Shown: positions 11,941 to 26,419, counted from the stretch's first letter. The stretch is DNA of 64,000 nt from Paragordius varius (GCA_964247055.1 OZ176058.1:1054001-1118000), one strand, 5' to 3'. The notes: generated by a model from the letters alone, not told the origin. Numbers and translations are program-made.

Positions 11941-14900
11941 GTGACAAGTTGGCTCACATAACGCTCTCACGATTGATTACAATTAATGAATAAGAATATC
12001 AACCATCTATATATTTATAATATATATTTAATTTTATTTCCATATATTATAAATTGCTTTCATAGACAACAAATTTTTCTGCCACTCATCGAGTTTTTTG
12101 CATTTTCTGATATTTACTATGATTTTAACAGTAAATCTAAAATAATAATTATAATTCTACCTAATAATTTTGTATAATTTGATTTTTTATCAATAGGTGC
12201 TCTCTTAATCAAATTTTACTAAATATTTTTTGATTTGGAAATATATTATACAAAAGTCTATTTGTAATCGAAAGATTAATAAAAATCTATAAAATGCATA
12301 CTAATATGTTTTACATCGATAGTTAACATTGGACATATGAAGCGAAAAATCCGATAAGCGAGAGCGTTTTTCTTAATTCTATATTTTTAAATCTAATGGA
12401 TAAAATAGCTCAAATTTTGTCTAGATGGTAAATGAATGTCCAAAAAATAAAGCACATTTTGAATTAAACACTTATATATCGCCATGTCATTCAAAACAGC
12501 TATTTTTAAATTTTTTGTTTTTTGAAAAATTACCATTTGAACCTTTATTCTTAAGATTTTAAAAACTAGAAATATAGGCTAAAGTAATTTTGATCCTTAA
12601 TAACCATTATGCAATAAATTTACAGTTATTATGCATTTTAGTACCCACTAGGTAATTGAAAATAATAATTTTTATTAAAAGGCAAACCAAAAGCTTTTTC
12701 AAAGAGTATTTTTAAATTTTTATATAAACCTTGTAATAAAATTTATAGAATTTTAATATTATTTTGTCTATGAAACTTTTTGATTTATTTACGGGTTAAA
12801 ATTTTGACCATAAAAAGCCAAATAACTTACAATAGATTTTAAATGACCATTTGAAAGAAATTTTGTTTTTTGACCTCTTTCGAATGATATATAATGCATG
12901 GCTCTATATCTATAAATTTTAATTTTGAAAATTTCCAGTTTAATGTTGAATCGGGGTTGAAAATTTTCGATAAACCTCATTAATAAAAAATTCCTAGGTG
13001 AGTTAGACCAATTATACAGTATAAATTAAAATTATACGGACAAAACGTAAAGTATATAGAATATTTTTTTCTAAAAGACAACCATACTTTTTAAATGTTG
13101 AATAATTAAATTTAACTCATGGTTTACTATTTCCAAAGTATAAAATAGAGTATTGGTAACATAATCAATTATATATTTTAGGCTTGATTAAATGGTATGA
13201 ATAGGATTTAAGTTTGAAAAACTATGGTCTTTTAGAAAAAAAAATTGTTTTTATATTTTTATGTTTTGTCCGTATAATTTCAGTTTGTACTCTATTGTTT
13301 GACTATTTTTGTATTTTATTGAAATTATTTTTTACCTTACAAGAATGGCGATCAAAAGTCAAAATTCATTGTCGACTGTGTAGTATACAGTACAAATATG
13401 AAATATACAGTCTAAACATATAAAATATTTTGTGATTTTATATATTGAAAATTGTCACATCAGAAAATATGGTTATTTTCGAAAATTTTGTTGTTAACCC
13501 TTTCTCTCTCTCTTTTAAGGTTATAACTAACCCTAAGTTTCTGACAACCCAAATTAATCTTCCCACAGCAAGAGCTCCAACTCCCCCTGGACATGTTTGC
13601 ATATGTTGGTCATTCGACCCCGTTGATTGTGTTTATCGAGATGAATCTAAAAAATGATTTTTTTTTCTAACACACATCAAATAAATTTCAAAACTTACAG
13701 TAAAACTTAAAATTTTAACGAACAAAACGTAAAAAAATAGACAAATATTTTTTTGAAGACATACATATTTTTTAAATCTTGATTTTTTTGAATATAACTC
13801 ATATCATTGTTTTAAACAACAAAGTATAAAATAGAGCTGTATATTGGTAACACAACCATTTCATGTAATGTTGTAAATAAATCAATTATATGAAATTTAA
13901 ATTTAAAAAAGGATGGTAGTGAAAAAAATTTTTGTCCTTATATTTTTACGTTGTCGGTATAATTTCAATGCTTACTTGGCAAATATGGTGGTTTTTTCCT
14001 CATAAATCATAAGGAAATAATATAAATAAATGCGCAAAACATTTATATTAAAACTAACAAACTTTTCACGCGAAACTTATATCAATATTTTTTATCACTG
14101 ATATATTTGTTAGGCAAGCCATCGTTTTCCCAGAAAGGGGTTAAATGTGTATGGTTTTTCTTGTGTTTCTATTAAGGACGGGCCACGTTTCGCTTTACTC
14201 ATGGTTTAAATATGATTATTTTTTTAAAATGCAACAGATTTTTGCACCCAGCGCCAGAAATGCAAAGCTACGCCTCTGTTAATAAGCTATCAAAGATACA
14301 GTAAAAATTGAAAATATACAGACAAAACAGAAGATTATTTTTTTTCTAAAAGACCTGATATTTTCAAATATAACTCATTGAACTACAATCAATTATGTAT
14401 TTTACGATTGTAATTAAATGAGGATAAATTAAGTTATAAAAAAGTATTTGTATTCTCGTAAAATTTATTAAATTCAAACTATATCCAAAATTTTCGATAC
14501 ATGATAGTATCTTTTTCAATGGATTAACTAAAATAAAACAAAAGAAAATAATAATAAGTGTAATTAAAGCAAAATTTGAAAAATATAATTATAAATTATG
14601 ATAACAAAAAATGGATATAGTTTGAATTTAATAAATTTTACGAGAATAAAAATTATAATTTTTACATAAAATATTCATTCTCGTTGACAATATTAATTAA
14701 AAAAGTATGGTTTTGTTTGAAAAAAAAATGCTTGCTTTTACATTTTACGTCTTGTCAATATATAAATTTTTACTGTAAATTTTTGAAATTTATCATGTGT
14801 ATGGTAAAAAAGGCTGCCGATCATGGGATCCTTTCTATGCGACCTACGAATAATAGTAAAAATTTTCAAATATACCATATATACGGAATCTATAATTTTA

Positions 14901-15664
14901 TATGCTAATTATGAAATTAATAGATTTGATATGAAACGAATTTAAATCCGAATACCATTTAAAATTGAAGAAACTAAATAGCAAATATTGGTTAAATAGT
15001 ATCGTAAAAATTAAAATAATACGGACAACGTAAAAATTTACAGACAAACATTTTTTCAAAAAGACTTAAATACTTTTTACCTAAATTTTTTGCATATAAA
15101 TTATTTGATTACAATTAAATAATATGTAATTAATTGGATATTGTTTACGCTGAAGTGTGATTGTATTATTATATATTAGCTGAATTTATTGAATATATGA
15201 TAATGTAATTAATTGTGTTACCAATTTATATCTCTATTTCCTACTTTATAATTTACAATGATTTATATTAAAAATAGATACTTGAAAAGTATGGTTCTCT
15301 TTTAAAATTGCCTTAATTACGTTTTGTCCGTATATAATTTTCAAGTATACATACTGTACTGATTTTGTGTTCTTATGGATTTAAATTTCAATAAATATTT
15401 ATAAATACCCATATAATTTTTCGCCGATTTTAGTCAAAATGCAGTCAGGTAAGTCATATTTGTTGGGCACCCCTTATGTTATTAATCAATTCGCTTTTCA
15501 CATATAAAATGAAAATTGAAATTATACGGGCAAAAGGTAAAAATATATGGACAAATATTTTTTTCCAAAACAGCTTTCCTTTTTAAATTACTTAAATTTC
15601 ATATATATTGTAAATAGATGTAATCTGTAACCATAATCACTTTTACATCGCAACTAAATAATTA

Positions 15665-15939
15665 TAGTAAAAATTGAAAGTATACGGAGAAAACGTAAAA
15701 TAGAAAGACAAATATTTATTTTCAAAAAACGCCATAGTTTTAAAAACGTTAATTTTTGTCATATAAGCTATTTAGTTACAATTGTAAAATAAGAATTGAT
15801 TTTGTTAGTAACATATATCTCTATTTCAGACTTGGATATTTTAAACAATGAGTTATATTGATATAAATATAGATTTTAAAAAGTATGGTTGTCTTTTAAA
15901 AAAAAAATTGTCTTTATAATTTTACGTCAGTTTTTACTG
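15665..15939. mobile_element. MITE family 1 full copy
   Basis: Both TIRs present, diverged. Confidence 0.75.
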
Positions 15940-16054
15940 TAAATTTAAACTGGTCCTTAATGATATGATATGTGAAAATATCACTAATACCATTATTTAT
16001 GCTTGTTAGCACTTATCAGCACAAAACAGCTATTTGACTTGGTGCTTTTATATA

Positions 16055-16313
16055 CCATTTACAGTTCAAATTCATTCTTGAGCAATTCAAATTCACCCTA
16101 AAATAAATTATATTTTTTTTGATTATAAATTATATATATTTTTTAATTTTTAAAAAAATAATATGTTTAAAATTTAAATAATATTGAAAAAATTATAGAC
16201 TATGCCATTAAGTTATATTTAATATTGTTGATGAGTTATATTAGTCCGAAAACACATAATTTATTTTTAGGGTGAATTTGAATTGTTTAAGGGTGAGTTG
16301 GAATATTAAACGG
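16055..16313. mobile_element. MITE family 2 copy (block A only)
   Basis: CCATTTACAGTTCAAATTC...GGGTGAATTTGAATTG termini. Confidence 0.75.
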
Positions 16314-18520
16314 TATATATTGATTTCAAGTATATACATTAAAAGAACATATTTTTGCATAAACTATACAGTAAACACACATTTCGACTTTTTTAACTTT
16401 TAGTTAATTATAGTTTACACATATAGTATATCTGAAAAGAAAATTAGGCTAACACCTAAGAATTTTTTTAATAGGATTTATTGATGATATTTAGCTCCGA
16501 TTTAACATTAACTCCGAATTTTCAAAATTTACTTTTAAATATAGAGCCATGTATTTTATTTCATTCGAAAGAGCGCGAAAAATTCTTGTATGATATTTAG
16601 TCATTTAAATCAAGTTATTTGGGTTTATATGGTCAAAGTTTTAAACCCATAAATAAATCGAAAATTTTACAGACAAACTAATTTAATTCTCATTTAAATT
16701 ATTTTAATATAATCATTAGGGTTAGATTAGTAAATATTTCAAAAAAAATAAAAGACTTTTGGGTTGTTTTTTTAATAAAAAATTAAAATTAATTTATCTA
16801 GTGAATACTTAAATGCATAGTTATAACTGTAAATTCATTACATAATGGTTATAGAAGATCAAAAATACATTAACCTTTATTTCTAGTCTTTAAACTTTTA
16901 AACTTTTAGCTGTCTAAAGAAAATAATTTTAATTATCATTTTTGATCATTCATTTCTTTCTAGAAAAGTTTGAGCTATTTTCATCCATTAGTTTTATAAA
17001 TATATCAATTAAAAATGCTGTCGCTTCGTGCGTTTGTCGCTTTCAATGTCCAATATTAACTATGGATGTAAAACATATTAATATGTATTTTATAAAGTTT
17101 TCAGTTTCAAATGTCTATTTCAAATGAGGATTTGTTTAATTTCAAAGAAAAACATTTTTTAGTGTAATTTTGATAAAGAGAGCGCATAATCAGATATAAA
17201 TAAAATTATTTAGGTAAAATCACATTTTTACTGTTAAAATGATAGTCAATATCAGAAAATGCCAAAAACTGGAGTAAAATTTGTTGTTAGTGTTATTATA
17301 AAAATAATTGATGTTACCAATTTACATCTCTATTTTTCATTTTGCACAATGACATATGGTTATATAATATAATCATAATTTTAACATAGTTTTATTATTG
17401 CAATTATAATTTAACTAAAATTGAATGAATTTTTTAGGTAAATTTTCGATTATTACAAATTTTTGTCAAACGTAAAAAATAAATATAAAAATTAAATTAT
17501 AAAAAAAATTTTAATATAATTGTTAACGGAAAAAAATATTTTTGTCTTTTATTGTTTACCGTTGAAGTTATATTTGTTGGATTGATAATGTTTTGTTTCT
17601 TAATATGGATAAATCCGTTAAATAATATATATGAACAACTAAACTGCGAATTGATAGGAAACTTAAACTGAAATTAAATTTAAAACTGAAAATACTAAAT
17701 AACATGTGAATCTCTTTGTGAATTATTATACAGTTATTTAGCCTTTATTTTATCAAAAATTTATTTTCTTTCGTTAAATGAGTATAAATATTTGTCATGG
17801 ATAAAACAAGAGCTCTATGGTTTAACAAATTCATCAAAAAAGCATATGCGATTACTATTGACAAAGGGTTAGACATATAACTTAGTATTTTCAGTAAAAA
17901 AATTAAGTTTCCAGTTAAATTTAATATCATTCTGAAGTTTCATTTCGTTTATATCATTCATTATTTTACGGATTTAACACATTTATTATTTATTTTTTGT
18001 CTATATAATTTTAATTTTTTACTGTATAGATTAATTTTATTTTACATATCTTTGGGTGTGAAACAATACAAAAAAGTAATTAAGTTTTAGAATGTGATAT
18101 ATGTAATTTTAAAGGTTATAAAATACCATAATTTTATTATTGGATAAAAAAGGAAATTGTGTAAAGCCAAAAATTAATGTATAAGACTAACGGAAGAGGT
18201 ATTTGCAATTGGTTGATTTACGTTAAATTTTAAACTCCCTTCTAAAATACATTAATTACATATTTTTTGAATGTTTTAACTGTATTTAAAAATAATGAGA
18301 AATAATATTTAGTTATGATTTTCAAATATACCTATGTACTTCTATGGATATATTAAAAAGCCTCCATCTTCTTATTATAGGATTTCACGCCATTTTTAAT
18401 TATGTAATCGAGCATATCAAATAGAAAAATTTAATATTTGCCAACATAAATGTTACATTATCAAATGCGTAAACTAGCCATGTGATAAGAAGTTTGCGGT
18501 TAAAATTACCAAAAATAGTG

Positions 18521-18737
18521 CAGTCATGTATCGTTTATTTTATCAAAAATTTATTTTTTTTCGTTAAATGGGTATAAATATTTGGTAAAGAATGAAAAAA
18601 ACAAGAGCTCTATGGTAATTCTTATACTTTTTTAATGAATATGGTATTGTTAATACCATAGAGTTCTCGTTTTTTCCTTCTTTACCAAATTATTTAACAA
18701 GAAAAATAAATTCTATAAAATAAAGGAAACATGACTG
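18521..18737. mobile_element. MITE family 3 (CAGTCATG...CATGACTG); related copies ~17735-17830 and ~63358-63660
   Basis: Inverted termini; shared core TTTATTTTATCAAAAATTT...AACAAGAGCTCTATGGT; absent at the equivalent block B site. Confidence 0.7.
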
Positions 18738-18878
18738 TAATGTGATTTTAAGAAACGCATTTAATATATAAAATAATCGATTGCAGTCCAATCTGAAAAG
18801 TTTTACAGGTATCAATCATACAGCCTATCGGCTATATCGAACCTTAATCTTCGAAATCCAGCATGTATATCCTAAAGT

Positions 18879-19155
18879 ATAGTAAAAATTGAAATTATAC
18901 GGACAAAACGTAAATTATAAGAACAAATATTTTTTTAAAGACAACTATGCTTTTTAAATCTTAAATTTTAATATATTGTTTGTACTAAACTGCAAATCAT
19001 ATAGAATATGTTACCAATAAACATTTCCTCATATATTATATTTGAAAAAAGAGGTTATATTTAAAATTAAGTTTCAAAAAGTATGGTTGTCTTTTAGAAA
19101 AAAATATTTGCCTTTATATTTTTACGTTTTGTCCGTATAATTTCAGTTCATACTG
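18879..19155. mobile_element. MITE family 1 full copy (paralog ~38005-38270)
   Basis: Both TIRs present. Confidence 0.8.
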
Positions 19156-20134
19156 AAAATTCTAATATATGGATATTTAACTGGCTGCCCGCAAAGAAAT
19201 TGTGAATCCATAATTTACAAATGTATGATCATAATATTTTAGTAAAATCGATAAATCTTTTACAAATAATTTTCTAAGTAAGCCTATCCAATCGGCAAAA
19301 ACTAGAAAATATTGTTATATTATGTTTGCATCATTTTACAGAAAAATGTTTATTTGAAATCTTAAATTACAAAACTTGAAAATATTTAAGGACAAATATT
19401 TTTTTCACAAAGACAACCATATTTTAATCTTGATTTTTCGAATATAACTCATTGTTTTAGACTACAAAATATAATAAAGAAATGCAATTGGTAACACTTA
19501 TGTGTTTCACGATTCTAAATTGTTTTTTACAGGATTAATTAAGGTTTAAAAAGTATGGTTGTCTTTTGAAAAAAATGGTCTTTATATTTAAACATTTTTT
19601 CAGTATAATTTCAATTTTAATGTATATTTGAAATGCCTGAAAAGCCATTTTATCAGACGTCCCTCTGCCTTAAAACATGGAAAACATAAACTTTGCATAA
19701 ATTTAAATGCTCATTTTAGTTGTTTTTTTAAAGTTTACACTATGACCCCTATAATGCACCCCTTAACTATTATAACCTCTCATAACATTTGTAAATACAA
19801 TAAAAATTGAATTTATACAATAAAGCCTATCTCATTTTAATATAACTACAAATTCAGGTGTATTGGATTTGAATGCGATTAATTATAAGATTTCTTAAAA
19901 TAATTTATAATAAAATAAAATGTTTTTGTCTTATTAAACAATTTATAAGTGTTTCGGTAGTTAAATATAGTATTATATGGAAATTCGTATTGTAGACATA
20001 TTTTTTTTTCAAAAGACAATTATAGGTTTCAACTGACAGATGATCTCTATTTTTTCCAACGCAAACATGAATGATGAGTCACAAAAGCAAGTTAAATATG
20101 GTCTTTTTAAACCGATATTACATTAAAGCTTAAT

Positions 20135-20402
20135 ATTATACGGACAAAACGTAAAAATATAAAGACAAATATTTTTTTCCAAAAGAAACCATACTTTTTA
20201 AAATTTGATTTTTTTAACTATAAATCATTGTTTTAAACAACAAAGTATAATATATAAATGTAAATGGTAACAATCGATTATATATATAATAGTAAATAAA
20301 TCATTTATGAGAAAATTTAAATTTAATAAGTATGGTTGTCTTTTAGAAAAAATATGTCTTTATATTTTTACGTTTTGTCCGTATAATATCAGTTTTTACT
20401 AT
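20135..20402. mobile_element. MITE family 1 full copy (paralog ~39315-39598)
   Basis: Both TIRs present. Confidence 0.8.
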
Positions 20403-21161
20403 ATTAGTCTTTTAGTTATTATGTTTTATGTTATTCTAATTTAAATGTTTACTGTTATAAGCTTGTTTCTGTTCTGTTCCGATGTTCCAAAATATGATAT
20501 TAGGTTTTAAGGAACAGTGACAGGCTGAATAAATTTATAAAATGTGATAATGTTTAGTAAATATTAAAAAAATTAAATTTAGTTATTGAAATATATGTTC
20601 GTATAATGTAGTATGAAAAATTATTTATTTATAACTTTTATCACTGGGATGTAAAAAATTTCAAAAAATTGATTGGGATTACATATTAATATAGACAAAA
20701 CGTAAAAATTTAAAGACGATAGCCTGAAAGATTTTTTAAGATGATTATTTACATTTCTTACCATAATATATCTATTTGTTTCTCTACTATTAACAATTAA
20801 AAAAATTTAAAGAAAAAAAATGGTGGCAAAAGAGTTTGAGATTAGGTTTTTTTACAATTTTATTTCGAATTTTTTTGAAGCATGCAAAAAAGGGTAAAGA
20901 AAGTATAATTCAAAATTCGGCTTAATAACCTAAAAATAATATATAGTCAAATTTTTGTTGGATACACAGTAAAATCTGAATTATACGGAAACGTTACATA
21001 ATTTTTTTTCTAACCTACCCTCTTAAAATCATTTAAAAATAATCGTAAAATATGTAATTGATTGTATAATATTAATATACATATCTATTTTACTTTGTTA
21101 AAACAATGAGTTATATTTAAAAAAATCAAGCTTTAATAAGCATGGTTGTCAATTTTTACTG

Positions 21162-21195
<34 letters not shown>

Positions 21196-22553
21196 ATTTT
21201 TTCACTTTGTTGTTTAAAACAATGAGTTATATCTAAAAAATCATGACTTAAAAAGTATGGTTATCTTTTGAAAAAATAATTCTTTAAATTTTTACATTTT
21301 GTTCGTATAATTTCAATTTTTACTGTAACACACTTTTAAATAATCTTCATATGTTTACATTTTTTTCGTATAATTCAAATTTTAACTGTAATATACATCT
21401 CTATTTTACACTTTGTTGTTTAAAATAATGGTTATATTTAAAAAAAATCAAGATTTAAAAAATATGGTTGTCTTTAAAAAAAACATTTGTCTTTTTTTAC
21501 ATTTTGTTCGCATAATTTCAACGTAAACATCACACTTTGTTGTTTAAAACAATGAGTTAATTTAAAAAATATTTAAGTATGATTGTCTTTTGAAAAAAAT
21601 CTTTATATTTTTGATTTTGTTCGTATATGTTCAATTTTTACTGTAATATACATCCTTATTTTTTACTTTTTAAATCAATGATATATATATAATGAAATTG
21701 TTTTTAAATTATTACATTTTGTTCGCATAATTTAAATTTTTACTTAAAATCATGTGAATTTGGATATGTACTGCATATTTTTTTATATTGAATTTATAAT
21801 AGATGTATATCGACCAAAAATTATATCCTAGAAAGAGAATAAAACTTTTTTAAAATGCGGATGAGTATGTATAAACATTATTTTTTAACAATTATATATA
21901 GAAAAATTTATAAAACCACATTTAATATATATAAATTAAAGTTTACGCATTTAAAAAATTTAATAATAACAAAAGATAGAGTAATTATAGATAAGTATTT
22001 TAAAAAATTTTTCCTAATTTATATCTGTTTAAAATACACCATCTTGATATTGACAATTTTTATATGTGAAAATATAATGTAATTGCGGATAAACTATATT
22101 TACAGTTACTAATTTTTGAGTATGTTTTTAGACAGTTAAAATTGAAATTATAATGACAAAACATAAATATGAAAACAAATATTTTAAAAGAGAACCATAA
22201 TTTTTGAATCTTGATTTTTTTATATAACTCATTGAGTATAAAATATAGCAATTGGTAACACAATTAATTATGTATTTTATAATTTTTAAATCATTTATAC
22301 GAGATATATTTAAATTTAAAAAAGCATGGTTGTCTTTTTAGTAAAATAACTATTCTCTTTATATAACGTTTGTCCGTAAAATTTTAATTTTTACTGTAAT
22401 GCGCCTCAAAAATTATATAATTCCTTTTTGTGGCAATTTCGTAGTATAATTAAAGTATAATTATACAGATGAAAAGTTACAACATTAAGTAACATATTTT
22501 TTTAAAAATTGGTTTTTTTTCTCACAAATTATGTATGAAACAAATAATGAATA

Positions 22554-22778
22554 CCATTTACAATTCAAATTCACCCTTAAATAATTCAAATTCATCCTAA
22601 AATAAAATTATGTGTGTTCGGGCAAATATTCCATCATTAATAATATCTTAGATAGTTTAGTTTCAGCATTATATAAAACTGATCATATTATAAAAATATT
22701 AAAAAATATTTTTTAATCCTAAAAAAACACATAATTTATTAGGGTTAATTTGAGTTGTTTGAGAATGTTTGGATATGG
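22554..22778. mobile_element. MITE family 2 copy
   Basis: Termini and 21-bp units, diverged. Confidence 0.7.
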
Positions 22779-25732
22779 TATTTACTCAATATTAATAATA
22801 GTTAATTTTTTTTAAAAAAATAACATATTTTTTTATCTTTTAGCTTGTACAGTAAAAATTGATACTTTATGTAGCAAAGGTAAAATTATAAAGATAAGTT
22901 TTTTAAAAAAATTTTATACTTCTTAAACCTTAAATTATGGCATAAATATTATTTAAATACAATCGTTAAATATATAATTGATGATGTTACTTATATATAT
23001 CTCTAATTACTTTTCAGTTTTAAAACAATATAAAAAATTAAGATTTAAAAAATATGGATGTATTTTGGAAAAAATATATATCTTTATATATGTTTTGTTC
23101 GTATTTTTGCTGTACCTTTTGTCCATATAATAATTTAATATTTTCAAGTTTATCTTATTTGAAATATTTGGGGGCAAAAAATTAGGTGTTGAAGTGTTTG
23201 TAATTCCATGTTAAACCATTGATATTTCAGATATATATTTTACTATCGTAATTAAATGTACTATATAAAAAAATAAAGGTTTATAAAAGTAGGTTTTCTT
23301 TTGATTAAAAAGGCATTGGTCCATATTTTATGTTTTGTCCGTACAATTTGTATGATTTTTTAATTTTTTTAATTTTTAAATAGGAACAGAAATATACTGG
23401 CAAACATTAAATCATATATAAAAAAATTGTAATTAAAAAATATTCAAGGTCGTTTCAAATAAATTATTCGTATTTATATTTTTACGATTTGTCCGTATAA
23501 TTTGAATTTTTACTTTGATTTATTTTGGATTTAATAGATTAAGTAAAGCCAAAAATTTATGATAAGAGCTAGGGTTGTGCTGACCAAGTCATGACCAGGT
23601 CAGTGACTATTTATTTTATTATATTGCATATCAAGCATATCACCTACACAAAAATAATATTTAAATTTATAATCATTAATAATAAAAAAATAAATGATTT
23701 ATAGTGAGTTATTGTAAATAGAAGAATCTAAAATATATCGAAAAGTGGTCTTTACAGTGAAAATTAATATCATGCCGACAAAATATAGAATATAAATATT
23801 TTAAATTTATTGATCAAGTATATTAATGCTTGAAACACCTCTATTTTCTTCATCGCAGCCCGAAGCGATTTGGTTGTCTTTGCAAAAATAGCATAATGTG
23901 CGCAGATTTTGCTATTTTTTGAAATAGAGCAAATACTATATAGTGGTATAACTTTTTTATATCATCAGTATGGCTCAAAACCAAAAGCACCATGAAAATT
24001 TCGATATATTTATCCATGTCCATCAATTTTGTGCACTCTACAAATTCTTATAGAAAAAGTATCGAATTCTAGTGCTATTGGTTTTGGGCCTTACAAGTCA
24101 TTATTTACTCCTTTTTGCAAATTTCTCCGCCAAATAAAAATCGTAAGCCCTTGAAAATGAACTAGTTTTCTTAAAACAAACGCAATTCCGTGATGGTGCA
24201 ATTTAAATATGCGCTTTTACTCGAAAATATTTTTTGTACGGTAATTGTTTTTTTAGAATGGCACAAACGGTATAAAAACACTTGAAACATTATAAAAAAG
24301 ACGTTTTAAAATAATTTGCCGAGGTTGAACATTTTTATAGAATCGGATCTTTGATTAAATTCCCGAATTCAATTAACAAAAAACATTTAAAAATTTGCTG
24401 GAAAACAATTATATAATCACAAATGTGAGGGAATTGTATTTATAGTATAAAGTGTTTTTTACCGTTCTTATTATGATTAAAAATACCATAAATACTTTCA
24501 ATAACATTAACATTTTACTAAAAAAATAATTTTTTAAGAGTATGTAAAAAATGTGTCATAATTTTATTTGTGATTAATGATCGCAGATTTCGGCATTTTT
24601 GCGATTATTTTATAAAAATGAACTGAGTCTTTTAAATATATAAGAATTTCAGAGCCTATACCTAAAAAATTATAAAAATGAATTAGATTTGCTTTAGTTA
24701 TTTACATATATATTGATAATTTTGGGGAACACTACCCTTGACCAAAAGATACAGTAAAAATTAAATTATACGGATAAAAGTAAAACTATTGGAGAATTTT
24801 TTAAACGACAACCATTCTTTTCGGATTTTCCTAACCTATAATTTCATCCTTATTTCATAGTTTGCAGTTTAAAACAATGTGTTATAATTATAGCAATCAA
24901 ATTTTAAAAGTATAATGGTCATTAAAAAAGATTTTTATTTTTACATAGTGTCACTATAATATCAATTTTTATTTTATTAAACAATTTTATGTCGGGAAAT
25001 CATATGATAAACTTTGTTATTTCCTTCCCTTGTAGGGCACAAATAAACCAGTAGAATCTTTAAAATATTTTTCTAGATATATATATATATATATATATTT
25101 CATGTGTGCGCTGTTTAAAACCTAAATAATTTAATGCACGGATCGTAGTCGAGGTAGTTTTTGAAAAAGTTTCTATGAGCAGTTCAAAGGTTGTCATTAT
25201 ATAATTATAAAAGTCAATTATGATAGCTCAAAAAGAATAATTGATTTGTTTGAAAACCATAACAAACTGGTTCTTAAAACGCCCCAAAAAAGATATTGGC
25301 ACAAAAAATCCCTTTATAATAAACTTTATGCAGCTTTAGGATGTTTTAAGTTTTATTTGTCAAAATCTTCCTATAATACACTGGTTTATGGGTAAAAAGC
25401 CAAAATAATAAAAATTGAGTTATATTCTAAACAAAAATTGCCCTAAAATATATTAGTTAAATCTTAATCAATTCATATATTATATTTATAAAACAATATT
25501 TGATTGATACCTCGCGTTTGTTAAATCAAAATAAAGATAAATATAATATATCCTTTTGTGTACAATAATTAAAAATATAGAGAAACAACCTAAACCAAAT
25601 GGCAAATATTTTTTGTAAATACAGCCATACTTTTTACCTTGGTTTTTTCAGCGTATCGTTTTATGATTAATAATTTAACATTGAATGTGTTACCAATTTA
25701 ATTCCTTATAAGGTTAAAATATGATTCTAGAG

Positions 25733-25978
25733 CAGGGGTGTTCCAATTCCCGCCTTCGGAAATTATATCGACGTTAATATTTTTTAATAGATTTTGATCA
25801 AAAGACTGTAAAAAAATTACGAAACATAACTACTATTTAAGGCTACCGTAATTAAAAAATTTGTTTAAGGGATATAAATTTTACTTATACCATTTTTTCT
25901 ATTTAAGTATAAAATTTTTATTTTGTATTTATCTCGCGGATTGCAAAAATATTTTGGTAGGCCCTATTAAACCTCCTG
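25733..25978. mobile_element. hAT MITE, paralogous copy in duplication block B
   Basis: CAGGGGTG...CCTCCTG with TSD TTCTAGAG/TTCTAGAC at the site equivalent to 2254-2498. Confidence 0.7.
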
Positions 25979-26419
25979 TTCTAGACTTTAGTATGGTTAT
26001 GTTTGTACGAAATAATTTTAAAACTTTCGTTTCTTGTATGGTTAAAACAACTACCCCTAAAATTCTGACAATCAACTCACTTGACAGAAAGAGCTTCAAC
26101 CCTCCCCGACATGTTTGTTGTCAATCAGTTGATTGCTTATGTCGAAATGAATTCAAATAATGACTTTTTCATAGTATAACAATCGTATTTTTAACCTTTA
26201 TTTATAGTATGGTTTGGTTTATTTTGAATTAATAATAAATTCAATAAAAATTTTGATACGTTGACACGGTAAATACAATATAAATGAAATTTAGAGTAAA
26301 TGAATTTTATACGTATAAAACGCAATACTAAATGTCAAAAAATTTTTTGAAATAGACAACAATATTTTTATGGAACTTACTTTTTAAACACAAATATATA
26401 TTTACAAATATAATATATA

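Larger units (their letters stand above)
12060..17290. repeat. Old ~5.2-kb inverted-arm structure (arms ~12060-13015 and ~16440-17290)
   Basis: For example 12290-12420 is the diverged reverse complement of 16960-17100; interior filled with MITEs. Confidence 0.75.
2060..22400 (+). repeat. Segmental duplication, block A
   Basis: Colinear matches: 2760-3080/26220-26560; 8090-8460/27780-28160; 10250-12200/28900-30780; 17970-19800/37390-38960; 19960-22100/39170-41040. Confidence 0.88.

Noticed and set aside
18085-18210. CxxC-like ECDICNFK / ECGICNFI in both blocks
   Set aside because: Stops follow within a few codons and no consistent splice phase could be built.
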